Positions 50,713 through 59,595 of a DNA stretch of 59,595 nt are shown here, piece after piece. Position 1 is the first letter of the stretch. Each line of letters begins with the position of its first letter. Source of the DNA: Octopus bimaculoides (lineage: Eukaryota); NCBI RefSeq assembly GCF_001194135.2, contig NC_068984.1:6137441-6197035 (forward strand). Direction: 5' to 3'. A program made the position numbers and the translations under genes. Under the pieces are notes generated by a model. The model worked only from the letters and a program-made list of their open reading frames with translations. It ran no database searches and had not been told where the DNA came from.

Positions 50713-52509
50713 NNNNNNNNNNATATATATATATTATTGAGTTGCAATTTCAGGAATTATTGACTTAGAAAGACATAATGGTATGAATAATATCAGACAA
50801 ATGCTGCAATTAACAGGATATATGGTACAGACACTTATTTCAACACAAGTTGACAGAAGCAGTCTATTACTGGTACTTGTTTAATGATCCTTGGAGCATA
50901 AAGAACAAAGTCAACCCTAATGTGATGTGAACTCAGAATGCAGTTTAAGAGTCTTTCTCTTTCTAAAGATTCTTTCTTCTTTTTTTTTTTTTTTCCACAG
51001 TAAATTTTTTATGTGGAAATAGAGAGCAGCCTGAAATATTCAGACAGCTAGAGACAAGTTACAACTTGTATTAGACAATCAGTGTATGTTGCTTTACTGT
51101 GCTAACAGAATCTGATAGCTAAATATAATCTGCTAGGTCCTAGGAAAGTGAAGATATTTGAGAGAATACATTGCATTGTCGGAGAGGAATAGATGTATAA
51201 ATGAAACAGCAAAAATCTTGTGGTACATTATAGATAAATATCAACTAATTTGCCTCAGGTTACAGCCTCTACCATCTCTATCCCATTATGTAGTAGAGTC
51301 AGCAGAACAGCACAAAATTCTGATTTATTGTGTATTCGGGGAACAGATAAATGCATATAAACTAGGCAAATAACTCAGTGTGTGCACTCACACATCACCA
51401 CCACCACCACCCACATATAAACATTGATCTTTACTTGTCTTCTAATTATTTTAAATGTATATGCTTGTATGGGTGGGATATACATGCAAATATTCTTGTT
51501 TAACTTCAGGTAAGCCCTCATCAAAGACATCCCAACTATAACCAATCCATTTGTTTCTTTCTTTTGCACATTCAGGCTTGCATTATATAACATATTCTTT
51601 TTTATTTATATAAGAAATACAAATTAATTTGAGAATATTTGGCAGTTATTTCTAGCAGCTTGAGCAACCATGTAAAGCTTCCACCCACATTGTGTTGTTT
51701 CATATTTTACAATTCAATGGATTTTCAAAAGGAAATGAAACAACTCTGAAATAAGAGCTGTGGTGATTACATTATAGAAGTCAGAGTCAGATATATAACA
51801 TAGTTCAACAACTCAATGAAATGGCATTTTTTGTTCTGCAAAAGTAGATGGGTTTTAATAATAAATCAATCATTAGAAACATTTTATGTTTTTAATTATC
51901 TTTGAGGAAATCATTTGTCATTATAATGGCATATTATTGTCGTTGGTCTTTAGAATAATAGTTTGTCAGTCAGAGCTTAAGCTAGTAATTACTACTGGGT
52001 TTTTGTCTTCTTTCCCCAACTAAGAGGGAAATTTCAATTGGGACCCATCATAAGATGGGTAACTTTGGAAGTATACTTTTATCACCATGGGTTATAAAGG
52101 AAATATGGCTTACATACAATAATTATAATCATAATTTAATTCTGATCAAATTTCTTGAAGCTTATACAAAGTAAAGTGAGGAAAAATAATTTTCAAACAG
52201 AAAATATTTATTACCTTAAAATGAAATAAAACAAATTTCTTATTTGTATAGCTGTACCCATAACTATAGTGTTATTTACTCACTCTTCTCTTCTTGTCAT
52301 TGTGATTCTTTCTCTATCACTGTGTGTGTGTGTATGCATATGTATAGCATACCTTTACTCATTACCTGCCACCAAGCCTGCACCTCCTACATTAACTCTG
52401 TCTGTATTGCATTTCACTTCCTCTCTCCATACAGAGCAATATGTGACTGAAAAAAAATCAAAAATCCAATCAACCACCCAGCCAACAATTATATTTATTT
52501 CTTTATTGC

Positions 52510-52719
52510 ATCTAGGGGGCTAAACATAGAGAGGAACAAACAAGGACAGACAAAGGGATTAAGTTGATTACATCAACCCCAGTGTGTAACTGGTACTTAT
52601 TTAATCAAGCCAAAAAGCAAAGTGAACCTCAGCAGAATTTGAACTCAGAACATAATGGCAAACAAAATACCGCTAAGCATTTTGCCCAGCATGCTAACGA
52701 TTCTGCCAGCTCACCGCCT
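52510..52719 (-). mobile_element. SINE family A variant (alternative 3' tail)
   Basis: Ends TTCTGCCAGCTCACCGCCT (head on the minus strand); AATTTGAACTCAGAA; tail variant ...GACAGACAAAGGGATTAAG. Confidence 0.85.
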
Positions 52720-52980
52720 AGCCAACACTTATATTGGCTATCATTATATAGAGAGATTTTGCAAACAGCATTCAGCATGCCTGTCATTTTCCTCACCTGA
52801 CAATTTCATACTATCAGCTGTTATTTCCCTTAACTCATTTATTTTTCTTACTTCTGCAAACATTTCCTTGTTGATTGAACCCACACAAAAGTATAAGGTC
52901 AGCTGTCCAGCTAATCCCACTCTGCTGTATTATATCTATTAGGCTGTATGACACCTCATTCCATTGAATTGGTTGTTTAA

Positions 52981-53200
52981 CCCTTTAGCATTCTGATTAC
53001 TCTGTCAAGTGCAATGCTTATTTATTCAAATTGGTTTGAATTAATTATGCATTATCTCGTAGCTTTAATATTTCAACAATGTGACTGTATATTTTTAGAA
53101 TCACATTGTATGGTAGTTGTAAGAGGCTGAATCTAGCTGGTTGGAACATGAAACATGTAGAATATATGGGTCTGATATGACCGATTTAAAAGCAAAAGGG
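52981..53200. mobile_element. piggyBac-type MITE (second family)
   Basis: TTAA|CCCTTTAGCATT at 52977-52992; degenerate right end AAGCAAAAGGG|GTTCA; inverse partial copy at 19845-20031. Confidence 0.7.
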
Positions 53201-53371
53201 GTTCATTTTTGTTCAGAACTTATTTCTATTAGAGATGAAATGAAATTTAATGAAACATAAACATGCAAACATGTATATCATGACTCATACACTGTTCGCT
53301 TTCCTGACATTTGTTCATAATTCTATGTATGATACATGCACCTTTGATAAACTGTAGTCCACATGAGCTAC

Positions 53372-53374
<3 letters not shown>

Positions 53375-53422
<48 letters not shown>
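53375..53422. repeat. (ATT)n microsatellite
   Basis: Direct reading. Confidence 0.95.
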
Positions 53423-53434
<12 letters not shown>

Positions 53435-53787
53435 ATAGTCTTACTTTTATCACATGCTTTCACTGCACTACTGAGTGCAGCTCTGTGTGCCTTCAGTATG
53501 TGCTGTGGTTTGCTGTGATGCTCTTATTTTTACTGTATTGAAAGTGTTTTACGCAGGATGTGTGCGGTGCCTAGTAGTTCTATTTTCTGTATCTTATATA
53601 TACTTGTTACTCCTGTTTTTTTTTTTGTTTTGTATCTGTCTGAATATTTTTTATCATACCTAATGCATCTATGATAGGAATTATTTCTGTTTTTAGATTC
53701 CACATTCAAGTTACCTTTATTTCCAGATCTTTTATTATTATGATTATTATTATTATTATTATTATTATTATAAAACCAAAATGTTTT

Positions 53788-53823
53788 CTAATTGTTTCTT
53801 TTTTCTATTTATTACAGGTAAGT
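53788..53823 (+). promoter_or_regulatory. Candidate recursive splice site (juxtaposed 3' and 5' splice sites)
   Basis: Branch-point-like CTAAT at 53788-53792; 19 of 23 pyrimidines at 53792-53814; CAG (53815-53817) directly followed by GTAAGT (53818-53823); no other AG since 53726. Confidence 0.4.
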
Positions 53824-56357
53824 GGTGTTTAAACATGGGAGTATTTTTTTATTCATTTTTGGATGGATTTAAGTTTGTTTACATGAGAATTCTGTAAGTA
53901 CTTCTTATAACTTCTATATCCCAGTTAGTTGAATCTAAGTCTAATTTAGACAGGTAAGTTACATGACACTATGGTATAACATTATTCAAGTGTTGGAGAC
54001 TGGATCTAACTTCCTGAGCTATCTAATTCCAATAAATCCTCCTTACAAAAATGCCTAAGAAATCTTCACTTACAGGTACGACTATAAAAGATCACTTCTA
54101 TGAATGTGATATGAGGTACTATAACAAAGTAATTCCTTTATTTTAGAGTCCACCTCTAGTATAGCTGTACAGATAAGTACTTTTACTACTGTGGATTAAG
54201 TAAATGGGATATTAGTTTAAGATTGCAGTAATTACTATCATTTGTGAGCTATTCCATCACATACAAAAGCCACTTACTACACTTGGCATTTCACATTATG
54301 GCAAGACTTCACAATGGTACCTACCCAATGAATGTTTCCTTTTACTGCACACAGTGTCTTTCAGAGCAATTATAAACAAAATACTATAAGGAAACTAGTT
54401 AATGTAAAACAAGGTAGAAAGATTTTTAAAAATAGCTTCTTGTACTTTATTAAAAGTCATCTATTTTTTTAAGGGAAGGGTTTATTGAAGACTAAGCCGA
54501 CTCTATATATGACCAATACTTACTTTATTCTTCCCTCAATATGAATGGAAATGTGACTGCCATTTCTAGCATAGGAGTTAGCTGTTGGTCTACAAAAGTG
54601 GATCACAAATTCAGTTTTGTAAGCCAATGAAATAGTAAGTACCACCCACTCCTTTAGTAGTACACGTAGTTATGTATAGTGGACCACTGAGAGTTAAATG
54701 ATGTTCTGGAAACAACAAAATACAGCAGTGAGTGCCTTGTAGCAGCCAAACCATCAGAAAGTTGTTTTTACAAAGATGGTGAAATCAATTTCACTACATC
54801 TATATCTTCTATTCCAGAGTCAGAGTAAAATACACCTTGAGATAAACTGTACATTTAAAAGAATAAGAAAAAAGAACATGCACTAAAGAGTGATAAAAAG
54901 AAAAAAAAACCGAATCCTAATATTTTATTATTCCTTATTTTATCAATTCTATTGATAACTAATCAGTAAATTAACATGTGGTTTAAACCCTGATCATCTC
55001 TAACTGAGAAGATCTATGATGGCAAATATTACAGCTGTGACCTTCTTGATATTTTAGAGTTATTGAAAGCTACTTTATTTGATGTCCTTTCTTTCTATAA
55101 GGTGGTAAGATGTAATATGAGAGAGAGAGAGATTTAGCTGCTTTTTCTAACAGAGTCAGTGACCACATACAAACTCCATTGTTAAATGAAATGATAACTA
55201 TAGACATCAGTAATGAATGCATAGAAACCTTTCCTGCTTTGTTCTGTTCCTTACAAAAGCAAAGCTTCTCCACTAAAGTCTTTTTTCAAAGACAAGTGAA
55301 TAACAGTTGTTTCCCAGTGATATTACCAGTGAGTAATCTACACTAACTCGTTGTTGCATTGGATTATATAAATATAGCAATAACATCTATTATAACATTT
55401 TCATAGATAAACAATACAAACAACACAAACAAACAGTTTGAGATCACTTTCTTTTTTTTTCATTTTCTTACAAAATCTTTATTCCTTTTCTTTCTCTTTT
55501 GCATGTTTTCATATTTCTGAAATTCTAAAAACACAAGAGTATCCGCTGGCTCCTTTCTTCAATGAATCAGACAATATACAACTAAAATTAATCTCTATAC
55601 AAGTCTCAAGATAGAATTCTTCAATGCTGATTTAGTGGAATTTAAATAGAAACTTAATTTTATTTATTCGTATGGTTGAATAGTTGTGTAGTTTGTGGGG
55701 TGGTTGTTTGTGTTGTTATCAATGAAACCAACAATGAAGATGAATCGGTAAACAGCTTTCTGAGACATCATAATTGATGTTAATGCTTCAGTCCAATCGT
55801 TGAATTCCCTCTGGGCTACTGACATGCTACAAAGATGTTGTTGCTGCTTTAATTAATATTAATTAGAACTCAACAAAGTAACAATATCAAATTGGTTAAA
55901 AAATTTAGTAAGAAATGGAAACACTCATATTTTTATATGCATACATGCATTTGTGGGTGTGTATGTCTATCTAATATATATATATATGAATATTGGTATG
56001 TGTGTATAAATGTATAAATATATGCATGTAGACATATACATACACACAGACACACACATATATAATGTCCAGCTTCCATGCTAGTAGTAGATGTCAATGA
56101 TACACACACACAGACATGTATTTATGTATGCATGTATATAGATGAACATGTGTATATGTTTATACACACACACACACACACAATCCTGACGAGTCACTTC
56201 ATTACTACCAAGAGTTTCTTATCAAGTGCAATCCTTCAGGGAAGAAGAGGATAAAGATTCAGCTTTTGTCACTGCAAGGATCATGTGTAGAAACCTGATT
56301 AGCAACAGCGTAAATCGTCAGATTAAAATGAATAGATAAACTATATTACATTTATTT

Positions 56358-56586
56358 CATGTAAAGGCATGTGGCCTAGTGGCTAGGGTTTGATATTGAT
56401 CTTAGCCATAAGGCTCACAGATGAACACGAGATCGTGAGTTCAATTCTTGGAATTAGCAGCATGTTGTGTTCTTCATCAAGGGAATGCCAAGCCAGTGGA
56501 GTGGCACCATTTGAAAGCTAAAATGATGCAAAGTGCATTGTGACTCATGATGTATAACAATATCTGATAGTCTGGTTGATCATGTG
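56358..56586 (+). mobile_element. tRNA-SINE family C, full length with 10-bp TSD
   Basis: TGGCCTAGTGG A box, GAGTTCAATTC B-box-like; 3' end shared with 12640-12720; TSD ACATTTATTT at 56348-56357 and 56587-56596. Confidence 0.85.
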
Positions 56587-56634
56587 ACATTTATTTAGCA
56601 CCAAATGCTATCCAAAGACGCACGCACACACACA

Positions 56635-56669
<35 letters not shown>

Positions 56670-56699
56670 TCGTACGTGAAGGCTGGATAAATATAAAAA

Positions 56700-56870
56700 G
56701 GCAGTCATAGTCATATAGTGAAGAAGCTTGTTTCAGAATGATGTAGTTTTGGATCCCATCCTACTGTACAACTATTTGTGTCTTAAACTGTAAGCTCAGG
56801 TTGACCAATATGTTGTGAGAAAATTTGGTAAATGAAAACTGCAAGGAAATCCATCATATGTGTGTGTGTT
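56700..56870 (+). mobile_element. SINE family B 5' half, highly diverged
   Basis: GAAGAAGCTTGTTTC...GTTGACCAATATGTTGTGAG...TTGGTAAATGAAAACTGCAAGGAAATCC, then (TG)n. Confidence 0.6.
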
Positions 56871-57282
56871 TTCCATTCAACCTCATACAGACTACCAACA
56901 ACAAATAATATGTAGCTAACACAATTCACCTTTAATCCCTCCCCTACCACCCTTTCACTTAGCTTCCCCCATTACACTCATGCTCATAGTTTGTACATTG
57001 TAAAATGTGAAATCAAATTCATTGACAGTGATATCATAACATTTGTTCACATGGTATAAGCCGTTGGTATTATACAAGAATAAATATGATAGTTGATCAT
57101 ATTGAAGGTAGTGCAGAATGGGTTCTGGGTCCTTCCCTGATCATTATATTCCCCCATACCAAAGCAAACAAAAGTAAGCCAGGCTACATGTGGAAACTTC
57201 TTTATGCAGAGGCCCTAGCTTTTACAGCCGAAGAATTAAGAAAAAGATTCCAGACATAAAAACAAAATCTGGTATTAATCAG

Positions 57283-58090
57283 CAGGGCCGGATTAAGACC
57301 CATTGAGGCCCTAAGCACTTAAAAGATTTTGGTGCCCCCATAAAAGATTATGTAATTCAAAATATAAACGATAACAAACCATAAAATAAATGTTTATTCT
57401 TCAAAACAAAACAAAACAGTAAGAGGGAAAATAATGTTTATTTTTGTATACTCTCTTTACTCTTTTACTTCTTTCAGTCATTTGACTGTGACCATGCTGG
57501 AGCACCGCCTTTAGTCGAATCAAATCGACACCAGGACTTATTCTTTGTAAGCCTAGCACTTATTCTATCGGTCTCTTTTGCCTAACTGCTAAGTTATGGG
57601 GACCTAAACACACCAGCAACGGTTGTCAAGTGATGTTGGGGGGACAAACACAGATACACAACATATACACATGCATACATATATATATACAGATATGCGA
57701 CGGGCTTCTTTCAGTTTCCATCTACCAAATACACTCACAAGGCTTTGGTCAGCCCGAGGCTATAGTAGAAGATACTTGCCCAAGGTGTTACGCAGTGGGA
57801 CTGAACCCGGAATCATGTAGTTGGTAAGCAAGCTACTTACCACACAGCCACTCCTGCGCCTATACTTCCATTTTATTTATATTTGTAAAGTTTCCTCCTA
57901 CTTTCTTGAATTGCAAAGTCTTTGATCAGATCCTCAAAATTAATCTTTGGTAACACATCTGCATCTATACTTAGTAGAGATAAAGGCACCCCGAATATTA
58001 TTTTAGCAAGTTTAAAGCGATTTCTTTTGTGCTGTAAACCATTTACCATTTCTGTGGTGACCCCTCCTTCCCTTGATGCCCTAAGCACAT
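57283..58090 (-). mobile_element. 3' end of a decayed hAT transposon (ZMYM1-like clade) with transposase dimerisation-domain remnant
   Basis: TIR-like CAGGGCCGGATTAAGACC at 57283; minus ORF 57873-58088 contains LSLLSIDADVLPKINFEDLIKDFAIQESRRKL, matching the hATC terminal L..L.I..D.....D.I..FA..K.R motif; interrupted by a SINE. Confidence 0.8.
57451..57860 (-). mobile_element. tRNA-SINE family B, full length, young, inserted in the hAT 3' region
   Basis: 5' end GGCGCAGGAGTGGCTGTGTGG at 57860; 3' tail ...GAAAGAAGTAAAAGAGTAAAGAGAG; TATAC at both junctions (57447-57451, 57861-57865). Confidence 0.92.
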
Positions 58091-58918
58091 GGTTATTTTG
58101 CTTAATGGTTAATCCAGTGCTGTTAAGAGGTTTTCAAGAGAATTTTAGCAAAAAAACTGAAGTATTAACAAATAGGAAAGAAGACTGGAACCTGCTACCA
58201 CCATGGAAATGGCTTTGTTCAATATGTAGGAAAGACATTAGTAGAAATTCTATATGATACATCAAGTGTAAACTATGAACACACAAACAGTGTAGCGGAG
58301 GTCACAAGTAGGCTACCTGAAAAGGTAAACTTCACAAGAGGAACAACAACAGATGTACATAGGAAGGGAATATGGGGAGAAAGAAATAGAATAAAGTGAA
58401 AGAATAAAAAAGGAAGAAGAGTCTTTGTGCTTCGTTCACCAAGAGTAAAATGTCTAAGAGGAAGACAATTGAAAATATTGAAATATTTTTAATAATTGAG
58501 GCAACTTGATATGTAATTTGTATGGCTTGACAAATATATTTGCAGCTGGTCTCATACGCTAGATATCTTACAGAAGGGAACACATGTCTGGGATAATAAA
58601 TAATAATAGTTTTAGGCAATCAGTCCCCAAATTGGTACCTTTAAGAAGTAAATAGTACTGGAGGGCATATGATGGCCATGAGCATAGTCTTTTACTTCAG
58701 AAAATATATATCACATGATCTCTGACACTAAAACATTCAACTCTATATCATTAATGTACCGTCCTTTTGTAAAAGAAGTAATACTACTCACATTTCCCTT
58801 ACTGAACGCATTACAATTCTTATTAGTTTTTGACATTTAGAAATAAAGTAATATGTCTATATCTATCTATCTATACACACACATGCGCACAATATATATC
58901 ATCAGAGTGTAAGCAAGG

Positions 58919-58920
<2 letters not shown>

Positions 58921-58962
<42 letters not shown>
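58921..58962. repeat. (GA)n microsatellite
   Basis: Direct reading. Confidence 0.95.
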
Positions 58963-58967
<5 letters not shown>

Positions 58968-59379
58968 AAAGAAATGAAAAATGAAAAAAACAAAAAAAAA
59001 CATGACCAAAAGGAAAACACCTCTGATGCATGCATTTGACGTGGGATCATAGAATGCTGTAAATAACACAACACCGTGGACACACTTTCAATCCATCATA
59101 CACATTTCTACCATTGTAGACTTTAAGCTGATCTATGTGAAAGCTTATTGATCTATCAGGAATTAAATGTCACTTTCTACCGATCTATACCACTTAAAAG
59201 TTAAATAATCAATACTTTCTGAAGTTGCTATTCGACATCATCTGAAAATTCTGCATTGTTCTTTAAAAGGGTTTAAAGTTGGCAAAGTTCAGAACGTAAC
59301 TGCATTTGTTAAGGTGTCTATTGTATACAACCCACTGATATTAATGTAGATATAAGAAATGAGTGTGTGCATATGTATT

Positions 59380-59575
59380 TTCTTTTATTTGTTTCAGTCA
59401 TTTGACTGCGGCCATGCTGGAGCACCACCTTTAGTCGAGCAAATCGACCCCAGGACTTATTCTTTGTAAGCCTGGTACTTATTCGATCGGTCACATTTGC
59501 CGAACCGCTAGGTTATGGAAACGTAAACACACCAGCATCAGTAGTCAGGTGATGTTTGGGGGACAAACACAAACA
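59380..59575 (-). mobile_element. tRNA-SINE family B, 3' half (runs toward the window end)
   Basis: TTGTTTCAGTCATTTGACTGCGGCCATGCTGGAGCACC...CCAGGACTTATTCTTTGTAAGCC, very similar to 57465-57640. Confidence 0.92.
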
Positions 59576-59595
59576 TATATATATATATATATATA

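Noticed and set aside
1-59595. The ~150 short ORFs in the supplied track as protein-coding genes
   Set aside because: Most are translations of (CA)n, (TA)n, (AAT)n, (CTA)n or (CCA)n tracts, N-gaps or SINE bodies. The rest are short, with no recognisable domain and no consistent exon chain. Short real exons cannot be excluded without RNA data.

Overview
AT-rich (roughly one-third GC by eye), microsatellite-dense, repeat-saturated animal genomic DNA from a gapped draft scaffold with six N-gaps. The repeat inventory (tRNA-headed SINEs with (ATT)n tails, RTE 3' ends ending CCATGCTAGCATGG...GTTAAAC(GAT)n, abundant (TA)n/(CA)n/(AAT)n) looks like an octopus/coleoid cephalopod genome; this is recognition, not a database match. 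I found no intact protein-coding gene, tRNA, rRNA or CRISPR array. Almost all ORFs in the track are translated microsatellites, N-gaps or TE debris. The window reads as a large intron or intergenic region. It holds several tRNA-derived SINE families, decayed RTE, RTE-X-like, CR1-like and Tx1/L1-like LINE fragments, hAT, piggyBac and pogo/Tigger-type MITEs, a foldback element and a decayed hAT transposase end. Four things stand out. (1) A canonical recursive-splice-site-like junction (branch point + polypyrimidine + CAG|GTAAGT at 53815-53823) followed by a 136-nt cryptic exon. (2) A ~66% GC, CpG-rich modular repeat at 36078-36780, the only such island in the window, with conserved blocks separated by variable linkers. 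(3) An ~83-bp triple repeat carrying PBX-MEIS and T-box-type motifs at 39.7-39.95 kb. (4) A Tx1-like remnant bracketed by ~112-bp direct repeats. All functional interpretations are inferences that need RNA-seq, long reads or database searches.
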